DNA of 64,000 nucleotides from Escherichia coli (GTDB lineage: Bacteria > Pseudomonadota > Gammaproteobacteria > Enterobacterales > Enterobacteriaceae): the NCBI RefSeq assembly GCF_965641715.1, contig NZ_OZ282455.1; one strand, 5' to 3'. Numbering within the stretch: the first letter of the stretch is position 1; the number at the start of each line of letters is the position of its first letter. The notes below the pieces were generated by a model that made no database searches, was not told where the DNA came from, and was given only the letters and a program-made list of their open reading frames with translations. Position numbers and translations under genes: made by a program. Below, piece by piece: positions 48,875-60,167 of the stretch.

Positions 48875-49459
48875 CTATGCCTCTTTGTTGTATTTTCCGT
48901 CAAGTATGAGCCGGGTACCATCGTAATGCATGATCAGGGCATCAAGGTACGCCGGTTTGAATTTCTTGCCGAGCCTATCTCTGGCCAGAAATGATAAACA
49001 ATGATTATGTGTCATTATTACTATGTTCCTTTTATGAGATTCTCTTGCGATTGATTCAAGCGTCTTATAAAGATCATTATTGCAGTCTGATAAACTGTCC
49101 ATAACGACGGGTTCTTTACCGGAGAAGAATTTTGCAGTTTGTATGGTTCTTACCGCATTGCTGGAGTAAATATCATATTCACTGAAGATTGTTGCGAACT
49201 TAATACCTTCCTGCTGTGCTTTCTCTGTACCGGTAATAGTGATTCCGCTTTTATCCGAATAGCATGGCATATCTGAACGGTCGCAACGTTCTCCATGGCG
49301 GAAAAGGAAAATAACGGTGTTATCAGCATTAATTTCTTTTGCCTGTTCCAGGGTGATATCGGGAAGCGAGCTTTTTGCTTTTGTCACTGCCGCTACCAGG
49401 AAAACAGAAAATAAAAGAATGAATGCTGTTTTTGAATAAGAAGAACGTGGTTTCATCAT
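48875..49459 (-). CDS. secreted histidine phosphatase, Ais/PmrG-like (occupies the traG position)
   Basis: 194 aa; signal peptide; RHG-type catalytic motif LFRHGERCDRS and later HNHC histidine; resembles Ais from memory; AT-rich. Confidence 0.7.
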   Translation of the reverse strand: MMKPRSSYSKTAFILLFSVFLVAAVTKAKSSLPDITLEQAKEINADNTVIFLFRHGERCDRSDMPCYSDKSGITITGTEKAQQEGIKFATIFSEYDIYSSNAVRTIQTAKFFSGKEPVVMDSLSDCNNDLYKTLESIARESHKRNIVIMTHNHCLSFLARDRLGKKFKPAYLDALIMHYDGTRLILDGKYNKEA

Positions 49460-49518
49460 GTTATTTAAACTGAATATAAAAATACCCCCGGGTTTAGTGC
49501 CGGGGGCGGGGACAGTAA

Positions 49519-50721
49519 TCAGAAAGTGAACTGAAGTTGTGCCATTGCACCGTAATCGTGGTCAGTTCCTACCAGGCCGGAAACATCGATATGTACGACG
49601 TCAAATGGAGAGATACCAACGCCAGCGGTGAAGGCGCTTCCGGAGTTTGATGCCATGTTCTGACGATAACCGGCACGCAATTGCGCCCATTTCCATGCGT
49701 TAAATTCAGCACCAACACTTGCAAACTGACGTTTGCTGTCAGAAGTGAAGCCACTGGCAGGAGTCAGATCAATGTCAAGAGCAGTGGTAAACAGGTCATT
49801 ATGCCAGGATACACCGGCGGTTGCCTGCGGACGAACTTTGAAGGTTTCTTTAAAGCCATTGACGACTTTAGTATCAATACTGCGTGGAATGATGTTCTGG
49901 GCAACAAGACCGACAGTCCAGTTGTCATTCAGGTCTGTATAAGCACCAATATCGGCGTTGAATCCGTTTTTCGTGTTGTGGTACTTGTCACCGTCAAAAT
50001 CGTCTTTGTCGTAATCACGAACCGTTACGTTGTAGTTAAACAGGTCCACACGCTGATATTTTGGTGTGACGCCAAGAGACCATTTTTGTCCGGCCGTTTC
50101 CAGTTCTTTGGCAAATGAAATTCCGACGTCGGTAATTACAGCTGCACGCCCGAATGCGCGTGAGGTCAGGGCATTCTTATCGACGTCGGTAATTGTTCCA
50201 TTGGCAACTTTGTCCAGATAATCCAGGTCTGCATCGTTTACTTTTCCGTTTACGCTGACAGTTCCGTAAGACTTGACCATAAGGGCAAACGGCAGAGTGT
50301 CATTTGCCATGGCTGCTACAGCTGATACACCTACCTGAGCATCTGCATTGATATTGCGGAATTCCTGCAGACGATGTTTAAGATTTGCCGCTGCCTGTTG
50401 TACGCCATGCTGGTTATCTACAGCACTGTCAAACAAATCCCAGTCATCTTTAACATCATCAGCTTTATTTGATACATCATCAGGATCAGCAACTTGTGCC
50501 CCAACAGACGGCAGAAGAAGGCTGAAATCATCATTGCTGTTGTGCTTTGTCAGTAAAGCCGGGTTTGCCAGAGGTGCCACACCATAATGGGAAGATGCTA
50601 CCCCGGTACCACCCATTGCATCGTTACGCGCTTCAAAATATGACGTCGCTGCTGCAGCGTTAAAGGAAAATAATACAGCAGATGCAATGATGGTGCGGGT
50701 AATATGATTTTTCTTCATCAT
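49519..50721 (-). CDS. traF: conjugal transfer outer-membrane protein TraF
   Basis: 400 aa; signal peptide; C-terminal aromatic residue (…QFTF) typical of beta-barrel OMPs; synteny. Confidence 0.7.
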   Translation of the reverse strand: MMKKNHITRTIIASAVLFSFNAAAATSYFEARNDAMGGTGVASSHYGVAPLANPALLTKHNSNDDFSLLLPSVGAQVADPDDVSNKADDVKDDWDLFDSAVDNQHGVQQAAANLKHRLQEFRNINADAQVGVSAVAAMANDTLPFALMVKSYGTVSVNGKVNDADLDYLDKVANGTITDVDKNALTSRAFGRAAVITDVGISFAKELETAGQKWSLGVTPKYQRVDLFNYNVTVRDYDKDDFDGDKYHNTKNGFNADIGAYTDLNDNWTVGLVAQNIIPRSIDTKVVNGFKETFKVRPQATAGVSWHNDLFTTALDIDLTPASGFTSDSKRQFASVGAEFNAWKWAQLRAGYRQNMASNSGSAFTAGVGISPFDVVHIDVSGLVGTDHDYGAMAQLQFTF

Positions 50722-50805
50722 TTAATTTCCTGTTTATCAGAATTTAGACAAAACAACGCTATGACACGGATGTGCCGTAATTTTTACTTTGGTACTATCT
50801 GGTAT

Positions 50806-51630
50806 TTACCAGGGTAATAAAGACGTATTAAATAAGCTAACAGGTAGTATTTGCCCTGTAATAAGGTTCCCGGCAAGGCCAGGTCTCAACGTGACGCGTC
50901 GCAAAGACATTGTTGTATTCTGCCTGGTTGTATATTCAGTTAACCATTTTCTTTTTTCATCGTTCAGAAGTGTTGGTGATAATGATAGTGCCGGATATAT
51001 TACAGAGCCATTTATTTCTTTTTTCTGTCTCAATATTACCCCGCAATATTCTCTTTTCGTGTTTCCGGCGAAGGGGAAACTATGCCAGAAAATAACTTCA
51101 GTGTTGCTGCTATCACTAATAAGCATTCTGAAATTATCAGCAGTATCTGGCCATTCACCGGACAACGCTATCGGATAGTTTTCATGGCCATTCAGCCAGT
51201 CCGGATTGAGATTAAAACATTCAGCAAGATGTTCGAGAGCGTCAGCTGAAAGATAGTCTGCAAGTCTGGCCGGGTCCTGTATAACCGTGGAGCGGATATT
51301 CCATGGCGACAGCAATGTTGCCAGTAATGGCGCATTTATATCATGCGACAGCATGATGTATTCAATTCTGCTTATTATGTTTCCTGTGGTGTTATCCGCA
51401 GGCATAAACATATTATGAAGAGCATCCTCAAGCAGGATTCGGGTTAAATCAGCGGTGGATATGGCTAATTGTTCGCTCATTATCCCCAGAACTTCTCTTA
51501 CCCCTTGGGGGTAACGGACCTGCAGAGGTGTCGGGTTTATCTGACGACCGTTGATGAGTTTTTCGCCGATTGCTTTTTTGTCCAGCGAGAGCATCATTCG
51601 GGCCGCAATACCGGTCGTATTCAGTCTCAT
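50806..51630 (-). CDS. traE: conjugal transfer protein TraE
   Basis: 274 aa; synteny (between rci and traF). Confidence 0.65.
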   Translation of the reverse strand: MRLNTTGIAARMMLSLDKKAIGEKLINGRQINPTPLQVRYPQGVREVLGIMSEQLAISTADLTRILLEDALHNMFMPADNTTGNIISRIEYIMLSHDINAPLLATLLSPWNIRSTVIQDPARLADYLSADALEHLAECFNLNPDWLNGHENYPIALSGEWPDTADNFRMLISDSSNTEVIFWHSFPFAGNTKREYCGVILRQKKEINGSVIYPALSLSPTLLNDEKRKWLTEYTTRQNTTMSLRRVTLRPGLAGNLITGQILPVSLFNTSLLPW

Positions 51631-51780
51631 TGTTCCTCCGACTGAAAAAGTCTTTTCAGCTCATGTGGTTATTGTATCTTCGGTGTTTTTTCTGGTGAAA
51701 CGAATAATTTCGATCATGCAGATCGAATGTGTTTGGCGAGTTGTTGCAACTCGCCTTTCTGTATGTGTTTTGAATGATGT

Positions 51781-52935
51781 TTACAGCGGGGTGCTGCCCG
51801 GGTTCAGAGGGCAAATCATAATGTAGTCAGGGTCGTTAACAGGTAACGCTCCGGGAGATGGGACACGTTCGCCTTTCTGTGCTGCAATGGCCAGTGTACG
51901 CAACAAAACCTCACTGGCGCGGTGAACTGCTTCCTCTTTCGTTGTGGCAGTGACGTGAAGGTTATCAAAATCACCGATCTCAATACGATGCGCTTTCTGC
52001 CCATTTTCTTCATCGATGGTCGTGATATGGGCAGGATACGGCACAAACCATGCTGCCACTTTTTGTGTCTGCCGCCGGCGGGCATCAAGCTTACTGACCA
52101 GTTGCCATGCACGAAGATGAGTATACCGTTTCAGCATATTCATGGAACGATGTCCTGATATTGCAGCAATCTCCATTACATTCAGGCTACCCAGTTCGAA
52201 GAAGCGGCTTATTGCTTCATGCCGTAGATCGTGAAAATGCAGGTCCTCGATGCGAAGTCGTTGTGTGGCTATTCTCCAGGCATTTTTAAAGCCGGATGCG
52301 GTGTAATCAAAAACATTGCCGTGGAGATTAACGGGCATCATCTGAAGAAAGTTACGGGCACGTCTGGACAGAGGAACATCCCGTGAGTGACCGTTTTTGG
52401 TTTCAGGTAAATGAGCCACACCGTGGCGCAAATCAATGTGCTCCCAACGTAAGGCCAGTATTTCGCCCTGCCGCATGGCTGTCTCAAGGGCAAGATGGAA
52501 AATGACATACAACATCAGATTTTTTTCGCGGAAATAGCGAGAAAGGCGACGTTCTTCTGAAGACGTTAGCCGGCGATCTCGTCCCGAGGATACTTTCGGC
52601 TTGCGAACCAGTTCAACCGGGTTAGTACGACAGGTTCCCCATTCAACACGAGCAATATTGAACAGAGATGACAGAAGGGCGAGTTCAAGACGTACAGTAT
52701 TACCTGTAATGGGTTTACCCGTTCGGGGGTTGATTTCTGCTAAACGAACGTCTCTGTATGTAGCAATATCAACGGTTGTTATTTCGTCCATATTCCGAAG
52801 GGCAATGGGATATCGCTTGATAACATTGCTCCGGTAAAACTCCTGTTGATGCCCTTTCTTGTGAACAGAAACTGTTTTCAGGTACTTATCCAGTGCGCGT
52901 GACAGGGACATTTTACGGATGCGTGGAGACGGCAT
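51781..52935 (-). CDS. rci: shufflon-specific tyrosine recombinase Rci
   Basis: Track ORF 51781..52971; ATG at 52935 gives 384 aa; C-terminal HxxR…Y integrase signature; adjacent shufflon. Confidence 0.9.
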   Translation of the reverse strand: MPSPRIRKMSLSRALDKYLKTVSVHKKGHQQEFYRSNVIKRYPIALRNMDEITTVDIATYRDVRLAEINPRTGKPITGNTVRLELALLSSLFNIARVEWGTCRTNPVELVRKPKVSSGRDRRLTSSEERRLSRYFREKNLMLYVIFHLALETAMRQGEILALRWEHIDLRHGVAHLPETKNGHSRDVPLSRRARNFLQMMPVNLHGNVFDYTASGFKNAWRIATQRLRIEDLHFHDLRHEAISRFFELGSLNVMEIAAISGHRSMNMLKRYTHLRAWQLVSKLDARRRQTQKVAAWFVPYPAHITTIDEENGQKAHRIEIGDFDNLHVTATTKEEAVHRASEVLLRTLAIAAQKGERVPSPGALPVNDPDYIMICPLNPGSTPL

Positions 52936-52986
52936 GCTAACCTCAAAAGAGGCAAAAAATAATGCCAACAATCATTCTCTGCAAGC

Positions 52987-54595
52987 GTGCCAATCCGGTA
53001 CCTGGGGCGCTCCTAAAATTCAATTCACAACGCAGACCTACAACATAGCTAAAAACACTCGTAATTTAAGGCTCGGGGTCCATGCATATTGCTCATGGAC
53101 TTACCTGAATGGCTCACCCTTTGGTGGTTTTCAACAGGTATATTCCGACCAAAACAACGTTTGGTATGTGAGTAATTATGCTTGGGGAAATTATGAGTCT
53201 GGTGGGACCATATCAGTCACATGCCTCAATCTTCCTGGTGCTGGAGCTTAATTAAAGGGGCAACAGTAGGCATCGACATGTTCCTCATCAACACCATCAC
53301 CAATACCGTACATGCGTGTTCCAGTCATAATGTATCCAGTCGGACATTGAATCGGCTTGTAATAGATCGAACCACCACTCTTACCGCCGATAAAGTGATT
53401 CATTGCTACGGATGATTTGTACCAATTACATGCTGAGTAATTAATTTTATTACCCCCTGACCACCGACCGGATTGGCACTGGCCTACGTGCCAATCCGGT
53501 ACCTGGAAATCATCATCAGCGTCGATATGGACGAATATAAAAACATTTACGTTATATCCCAAAAACACACAGGTCTTAGGGAGGTTTAAACTGTGTATTA
53601 ACACCTATCGTATTGACGGGCGTGAAATGGCAGAAACAGAAGTCGTTCCTATTGACATGCCTGACTCTAACGGCGAGATGACTTGGCAAGCCAAAAACTA
53701 CACACAGTATTCGTCCTACTTTATGAAGATTACTTGCTTGAAATAGCTTATTGGCAAATGGCATATACAGTTATTGAACCATTCTGATCTTCGGTTGTAT
53801 CGCACGCAGCCGACCATGAGTTATTGGCTGATGGGAATGACCTGGTAAGCCATATGTAACCAGTTCGTGAGGTGCATATTCCGCCGCCACCTGTAACACG
53901 TTTTCCAGTTGGACAGGTAGCTGTTGCTCCAGGAAAGCGCCAACCTGTGGCCTGTGCTGTAGCAATTTGAAGCTCACCAGATCCTACCTTTCTCCAGGTA
54001 CCGGATTGGCACGTAGGCCAGTGCCAATCCGGTACGTGGGGGACAATAGGTGGAAAACTCAAAGTTACTCAGCTTTCCACCACAGGTTATCTGGGGCAAT
54101 TCGACTTCTGTGCCATTGCCAGAATGGGCAACGCAGAGGATGCCCACTACTGCCAGGTAGTTGAGAGCCCAGCAGGTTCACGCAAATGGTACAAATACGA
54201 GCATAAGACAGGTTGTATTGCGTCGTGTGTAACGCTCAATTAAGTTTGATATCCAAATACTGAAAATACCCCGGCACCACATGATGTATTTTCTGTTGGA
54301 TAGGATGTTATCTGATAGGAAGTACCTGCAGGTACAGCAAAGCTGATAAAGGCTGTTTTTCCATATGCAGGGTTATTACTGGCATTCACGCTAATTAGCG
54401 TCCCACCAACATATCCCTGCAGTCGGGATGTATTTGCACATGCACCTCCGGCAGATCCTCCATTACCTCCAGATGCATAAATAAACAATGTACTGCCCCC
54501 TGAATTCCGCCCTGAGAATGAACCTCTATGTGAACCTAAGTTTGTGTAAGAACCATTGAGCGAACCAGAAGTCTTCCACGTACCGGATTGGCACG
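52987..54595. other. shufflon (clustered multiple-inversion region for PilV C-termini)
   Basis: At least six copies of the sfx core GTGCCAATCCGGT(N3)TGG in alternating orientation (about 52987-53005 +, 53461-53479 -, 53488-53506 +, 53994-54012 -, 54021-54039 +, 54576-54594 -) bounding three segments; partial ORFs on both strands all read CQSG(T/R)W across the repeats. Confidence 0.85.
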
Positions 54596-55676
54596 AAAGT
54601 ATTGCCCCTGTATTATCGCGGCCTACAAGGCCGTTAGGCGAACATGATGCGCCAGCAACGGCAGTTCTTTCCAGTTGTAAGTATTCACCAGTATAAAGGC
54701 GACCATCAGCCCGAACAGTACCGCCTTTCACCTGACCGCCGGTATAGATGCCCTTGTTGTTTACACTTCGAACCCATGATCCGTCGGACATATAAAATCC
54801 GCCACCGTGAGTTTCATTGAGCCAGCCTTTGCTGTTACGAGTAATTAACCAACCATTATTACTTCTGATATCACCGCCAGCGGTGACATTTACGTCAAAG
54901 TTTCCGCTATTGCCTTTTACCTGACCGCTGAAAGTGCCATTTACACCATTCACATTGCCGCTGAAATTACCAGTCTGGGCATTTACTGCCCCAATGTTAT
55001 TCAGGTTATTTGATCCCATATCAATGGCCGTGTGCATTTTGTTTAAGTCAGGGCGACCATTGACCTGGAATCTGTAAAGACGATCAGTGTCCTCTGCTGC
55101 ACCACTAAGTTCATCTGTCGATAACAGTACGGCAATATGCCCGTTACCGCTTTTGGCACCATAATTACTTAAAGCTACTGACCAGGAACGTAATGCACCT
55201 GTGGCTGTTTTGCCGTCCTGGATATATCCACCAAGACCAGTGGTAATATCCTTAGCCATCTGGATAAGTGCTTTCACTGGATAAGGGGTGCCACCACTGG
55301 ATACAACCATTGCCTGTAGTAATTCCGGGTTTTGGGCGTTTCGAACTACATATGCCTGTAACCGCTGCCCCTCGCTGTTTGTCTCAATAAAGCCGCTGGA
55401 CAAAAAGCCGGTATTTTTCAGCATGGTTGTCGTGATAACGGCAGGGGTTGATGTGGTACTACTTGCCTGGAGAGTTGTGTAGTTTTTCCCTATATAAGAG
55501 CGGGCTGCACTGGCCCAGTTGCTGACAAGACGAGCTTCAGCCTGCCAACCTTTGGTTTTTAAATAGTCCTGCCATATGCCTGCTCCCCAGGCAACTATGA
55601 TCATAACAATCAATAAAGCCGCGCCAATTTCCAGCGATGCCCAGCCTCGGTCATATTTTTTCATCAGATTACCCAT
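54240..55676 (-). CDS. pilV: thin-pilus adhesin PilV (prepilin-like); C-terminus set by current shufflon arrangement
   Basis: 478 aa; prepilin-like N-terminus (RG|WASLE); CQSGTW encoded across the sfx repeat at about 54576..54593; variable segment 54240..54575. Confidence 0.85.
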   Translation of the reverse strand: MGNLMKKYDRGWASLEIGAALLIVMIIVAWGAGIWQDYLKTKGWQAEARLVSNWASAARSYIGKNYTTLQASSTTSTPAVITTTMLKNTGFLSSGFIETNSEGQRLQAYVVRNAQNPELLQAMVVSSGGTPYPVKALIQMAKDITTGLGGYIQDGKTATGALRSWSVALSNYGAKSGNGHIAVLLSTDELSGAAEDTDRLYRFQVNGRPDLNKMHTAIDMGSNNLNNIGAVNAQTGNFSGNVNGVNGTFSGQVKGNSGNFDVNVTAGGDIRSNNGWLITRNSKGWLNETHGGGFYMSDGSWVRSVNNKGIYTGGQVKGGTVRADGRLYTGEYLQLERTAVAGASCSPNGLVGRDNTGAILSCQSGTWKTSGSLNGSYTNLGSHRGSFSGRNSGGSTLFIYASGGNGGSAGGACANTSRLQGYVGGTLISVNASNNPAYGKTAFISFAVPAGTSYQITSYPTENTSCGAGVFSVFGYQT

Positions 55677-56347
55677 AGTGGTTGATAAAGATTATCCAGT
55701 AGCAAAAGGACATGGCCAAGACACAGCCATGGACCCAGTGGGCCTTCTTTATGTCCTTTTATGCACCATGTTGAATGCCATAAGACAAATCCTCCTGCGC
55801 CCAGCAACACACTCCATATGGCGTTATATAGCCCTGACCATGCGGTAATACCTGCAATAAGCCACAGGTCTCCTGTGCCAATATTAAGACGATGGCGGTT
55901 AACCAGTTTATGCAGACAGAATAAGACAATTGCGGCAGAGACAATTTCTGTTGCACGGAGCCACCATATATCAGTTGTGATTTGTGATAATATTCCAGCG
56001 ATTAAAAAACGCCTGGTGAATGTACCAGGTAAGAGGCCTGTTAGTGCATCCGTTACTGCCATTTGCAGCATGAACGAAAGAATAAGAACAGCATGAATAC
56101 GGTAGAGAAGTTGGGATGGCGATAAAATAATTAATGCCACAGCTATACTATATAGCCATATTCCTGACAGAACTGCAGTGTGTGTCTTATACCAGAGATG
56201 TTCTGTATCAGATAAAAAATAACGAACTCTGAATAACAGAGTTCGTCCAATAATGGAAAATATGAACATCAATGGGAGGATATAAACAGGGGAGAGACTT
56301 ATGCCTACGATTGTCTGCATTGTCTGCCTCCCTGCCCGGGAAGGCAT
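55664..56347 (-). CDS. pilU: prepilin peptidase PilU
   Basis: 227 aa polytopic membrane protein; position downstream of pilT. Confidence 0.75.
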   Translation of the reverse strand: MPSRAGRQTMQTIVGISLSPVYILPLMFIFSIIGRTLLFRVRYFLSDTEHLWYKTHTAVLSGIWLYSIAVALIILSPSQLLYRIHAVLILSFMLQMAVTDALTGLLPGTFTRRFLIAGILSQITTDIWWLRATEIVSAAIVLFCLHKLVNRHRLNIGTGDLWLIAGITAWSGLYNAIWSVLLGAGGFVLWHSTWCIKGHKEGPLGPWLCLGHVLLLLDNLYQPLWVI

Positions 56348-56865
56348 ATCCCTTTCATGTCACGATAAATTCTCCATACTTTATTAGCATATTGCTCTCT
56401 TGTTTCATGTCTGTCCTTACGGAATCCGGCATTGTATGATCCAAGGCAATTCCAGCTGACGCCACATATCTGAAAATGTCTTGCCAGTATCCAGCTTCCT
56501 ATATGGATATTAAGACATGGTTTGGTAATTAAATCCTCAGACTTTTTGATTACGCCCATCTTTATAAGCTTTGGAATATGGGTTGAGTTTATTTGCATCA
56601 ACCCATAATCCGTACTACTGGCTTTGCCTGTTTTTCTGTCCTTATTTATGTTAATTGCGCCCGGCTTCAATGAAGATTCCCCGGCAGAAATGGCCTTCAA
56701 CAATAATGGTTCAATTTGATAGCGTGCGCCGGCGGCGGCAAAGCAATTGTCCCACTTGTTAGTCCAGATTTGTTTGGGGGCGATGTATGAAGCTCGGGCG
56801 GGATAAATAAGAGAACAAAGCAGGATTAATGAAATAAGTCTGAGGGGCACTTTACCCCCGGACAT
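56305..56865 (-). CDS. pilT: lytic transglycosylase PilT
   Basis: 186 aa; signal peptide; SLT-domain motifs ES…GLMQIN. Confidence 0.8.
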   Translation of the reverse strand: MSGGKVPLRLISLILLCSLIYPARASYIAPKQIWTNKWDNCFAAAGARYQIEPLLLKAISAGESSLKPGAININKDRKTGKASSTDYGLMQINSTHIPKLIKMGVIKKSEDLITKPCLNIHIGSWILARHFQICGVSWNCLGSYNAGFRKDRHETREQYANKVWRIYRDMKGICLPGQGGRQCRQS

Positions 56866-56874
56866 TAAAACTCC

Positions 56875-57489
56875 TTAGCCATTGATGGTGAAGATTAGTT
56901 TGTTTGTACCGGTGCTGCCATTATCAGCTGTGCATTGCGCACTGGCTTCTTCAGTAGTGACTTTTCCATCATTGTGAGTCGTACTGTTCAGGGTAATACC
57001 GTTAGTTAAACCAGTACGACTGATTTGTGTGGCAATCTGGATACAGGCATCCTGTGGGACTTTTTCATAGGTGACGGTAAAACCATTGTTGAAACCTGAT
57101 GTTGAAGCCGGAGCAACAGTTACGGCACCGCCCCATGAGTTATAGAGCGTTGCAGTACCTGATGATGGAGTACCACGCACTGTCATAGTCTTGGGTACGC
57201 CACCCATCTGAATGAGAGCACCCGTCATTTTGGTTCCACTGGTAAACGTATATCCATCGCTACCTTTTAGCAGCCCCTGAGTACTTGTGATGATTGTCTG
57301 TATGTTCGAGCTTTCATTTGCCACACCGGTTCGTGAACGCAACATATACAATCCACCAAAAACAAGGGCAAGTACGATAATTACAACAAGTGCTATTGCA
57401 CCCTGTTCCATAATACCCCAGCCTTTGTCATGAGACGTTTCTTTCTCATTTTTCTTCAGAGCGTTAACATCAATATTTTGGATTAACAT
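56875..57489 (-). CDS. pilS: type IV (IVB) major pilin PilS
   Basis: 204 aa; long leader then hydrophobic helix (GWGIMEQGAIALVVIIVLALVFGG). Confidence 0.85.
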   Translation of the reverse strand: MLIQNIDVNALKKNEKETSHDKGWGIMEQGAIALVVIIVLALVFGGLYMLRSRTGVANESSNIQTIITSTQGLLKGSDGYTFTSGTKMTGALIQMGGVPKTMTVRGTPSSGTATLYNSWGGAVTVAPASTSGFNNGFTVTYEKVPQDACIQIATQISRTGLTNGITLNSTTHNDGKVTTEEASAQCTADNGSTGTNKLIFTING

Positions 57490-57505
57490 AAATACCTCGT
57501 TTTAT

Positions 57506-58591
57506 TTAAAGATTACCCATACTGTTGTCGCCAATAGACTGAATGTCTACAACGGCCATGACCAGTAACAGGAGTGACATGACAAGAAATATCAGCATAA
57601 TTAAACGCACAACAGCTGCTCGTTTTTTTACTCGCTCCAGCGTTTGTACAAGCCACCGTTGGCCATAATTGCCGATTAGCTCCGTTGCGCCATCTCCCTG
57701 TAATAAAGACAGGAAGTTGGCTGCTTCCCTGGATGGGAACTGATAACCGCACTGACGCAAAGCCAGCCCAAGGTGATCCCCCTGGCGTACGCGGTAAATA
57801 ATGCTGTCAAGGCGTGTGCTTAACCATGGTGATGCAAAGTCCTGAAGAACGTTCAGTGAGTTGAGCGTTGTCATTTTGGCTTTCAGAAGTGCAGCCATAT
57901 TCAGGAGGAATGCTGCCCCCTGTATATCCTTATAAATACTCCATGGCATTATATTGTCAGCCAAAGAGCGGCTTTTCCAGTTTTTCAGAGACCATGATAT
58001 TACACCTGTGACCACTGCAAAAAGAACGGCACATATAGCGCCGTAATTATCGACAAACAAAGATAATCCATAGAGAAAACCAAGAGCACCACTCCATGAA
58101 TCAGGGGAGCTTATTTTGCTCAGTACAGGTATTAGCTCTGTATTAAGAACATATAATGTCCCCGTCATCATGATTAACAACCCCACCGGGTAAATAGCCA
58201 TTTGCCATATGGCCTGATGGAGTTGCTTTTTGGCATCTGTAAGTGTGGTGGCAAATTGTAATGCATCCACAATGGAACCACTTCTTATTCCGGCACTGAT
58301 TACTGCAGCCTCTTCCTGGGGAACCCATAAACCAAGAGTATATTCCAGAGAGTTTTCGCCACTGTTTTCACGAAGAGACTCAATACAGTCTGTGGCCAGT
58401 TCAGCAAAGGGATGCCATTTTCGTCCAAAGTCTGTCCAGGCATCCCGCATCTGTTCCAGTGCGGTCTTTAATGGCTGTTTATTTTCCAGCAGAAAACGCA
58501 GAGCTTCGTAAAACTGCACCCTGTAGGGGGCGCTGAACGTTTTTCTGACAATGAAACGTCTCAGCCGTTGACTGAAATTCATTTCACGCAT
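57506..58591 (-). CDS. pilR: type IV pilus inner-membrane platform protein PilR (GspF/PilC-like)
   Basis: 361 aa polytopic membrane protein. Confidence 0.8.
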   Translation of the reverse strand: MREMNFSQRLRRFIVRKTFSAPYRVQFYEALRFLLENKQPLKTALEQMRDAWTDFGRKWHPFAELATDCIESLRENSGENSLEYTLGLWVPQEEAAVISAGIRSGSIVDALQFATTLTDAKKQLHQAIWQMAIYPVGLLIMMTGTLYVLNTELIPVLSKISSPDSWSGALGFLYGLSLFVDNYGAICAVLFAVVTGVISWSLKNWKSRSLADNIMPWSIYKDIQGAAFLLNMAALLKAKMTTLNSLNVLQDFASPWLSTRLDSIIYRVRQGDHLGLALRQCGYQFPSREAANFLSLLQGDGATELIGNYGQRWLVQTLERVKKRAAVVRLIMLIFLVMSLLLLVMAVVDIQSIGDNSMGNL

Positions 58592-58603
58592 GTTGTTCTC
58601 CTG

Positions 58604-60157
58604 TTAGGCATCATCGATGCTGAGGCGTTCGTCTTCGTCCAGAGGGATGATTCTGTCGGCTTCAAGAGGGTCCACCAGGCCTTCATTGATACGGCGAAGA
58701 AGATGCTCTACACGACTGATGCCATGCATGTTTTCAAGCCAGTATTTACGTGCTGCAACTTTGCCGCGTGTTTTCAGAATCTGAAATAAGCGATTATCAG
58801 GTTCTATCACTTCAGCAATTACGGTCCTGCCGGTGAGGCCTTTACCTATTTCACCGCGCTTTCTGCCGTTAATAATTACGTCGTGATTACAGTCGGAGCA
58901 TCCGTGAGGATTTCGGAACCAGATATTATCTGTACTGCAGAGTGAATCTTTATTGCAGTGCCGCTCAAGGTAAGCGCGGTCGTCTTCGCTAAGTTCTGGT
59001 ACTCGCTTTTCCCATGGAATACGGCAGGAGGGACACAGAGTTGGTACAAGACGCTGGCTGATCATCCCAATCAGTAATTGCGCATCGCAAATAAGATCGG
59101 CATTCATACCCATCGTAATCATCCGCTCCGGTATACCCAGAGCTGAGTTTGTATGTAATGTCGTCAGAACGATGTGACCGGTCTGAGCCGCGTAGGTTGT
59201 TGACATCATCGAGACAAGATCGCGCATTTCCCCTTCCATGATGGCATCGGGGTCAAGTCGCATTGCCGATGAAATAGCACGACTCCATGCCAGTTTGACG
59301 GCCTCTTCGTCGGATTTGTCACAGATAATCGGGGTTTGTGTTGCCCCCAGAATCTGTCCTTCCAGCGGATCTTCGATCGTCAGCAGGTGTCGCCCCTGAT
59401 TATCGTCAAGATATACACGGCAGGCACTGCGTAACGTTGTTGATTTACCTGAACCTGTTGGACCAGACAGAACTATTTTCCCTTCCGGGCGGCGCAGCAT
59501 GACGTTCAGCAACCGGATTTGCTCCGGTATAAAGCCCAGTTGCTTAAACGTGGGAACTTTGTCTCCGTCATCGGGTATCAGGCGCATAACTGCAATCAGA
59601 CCATCTCCCGTAGGTCTGTGACTGTATCGTGCACCAAATATTCCTATTTTTCGCATTAATTGTGGGGACAGGCGCGCATCCTGTTCCCTTTGAGGGAAGA
59701 AACTGGTTTCAGTCACATCAGCCATTGACAGAATGGCTGTTGCGCAAAGTGAATAACCCAACGCAGGTTGATCTTCATCTACAGTTTGCAGTTCACCGAA
59801 TATTCTCATGCGAACTTTGAAAATAGACTCTGAAATTAAAAAATGAATATCTGAAGCACCAAGTTTTCTGGCTGTTTCAAAATAGGAGAGAACTTTCTTC
59901 TCACTTTCACTAACATCTGCAAGATCTTTCAGATGAATAATCCGTTCTTTCGGACCTTTATTTTCATCATCCTGACCGGCTTCCTGTAACTCAGACAGCG
60001 AGACTACTTTTGGGGTGATGTCAGGGTATAAGTTTAGCAGTTCCTGGAGATTACTCTGTACGTCAGGTCTTGTTCGCTGATTTGTTTCGATGAGAATTTC
60101 ATGGGTGTCTCCCCGGGATATAAAAAGGAGAGCATCCTTCAAATTATATTTGTCCAT
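58604..60157 (-). CDS. pilQ: type IV pilus assembly ATPase PilQ (GspE-like)
   Basis: 517 aa; Walker A GPTGSGKST; tetracysteine-like motif. Confidence 0.9.
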   Translation of the reverse strand: MDKYNLKDALLFISRGDTHEILIETNQRTRPDVQSNLQELLNLYPDITPKVVSLSELQEAGQDDENKGPKERIIHLKDLADVSESEKKVLSYFETARKLGASDIHFLISESIFKVRMRIFGELQTVDEDQPALGYSLCATAILSMADVTETSFFPQREQDARLSPQLMRKIGIFGARYSHRPTGDGLIAVMRLIPDDGDKVPTFKQLGFIPEQIRLLNVMLRRPEGKIVLSGPTGSGKSTTLRSACRVYLDDNQGRHLLTIEDPLEGQILGATQTPIICDKSDEEAVKLAWSRAISSAMRLDPDAIMEGEMRDLVSMMSTTYAAQTGHIVLTTLHTNSALGIPERMITMGMNADLICDAQLLIGMISQRLVPTLCPSCRIPWEKRVPELSEDDRAYLERHCNKDSLCSTDNIWFRNPHGCSDCNHDVIINGRKRGEIGKGLTGRTVIAEVIEPDNRLFQILKTRGKVAARKYWLENMHGISRVEHLLRRINEGLVDPLEADRIIPLDEDERLSIDDA

Positions 60158-60167
60158 ATCACATCAC

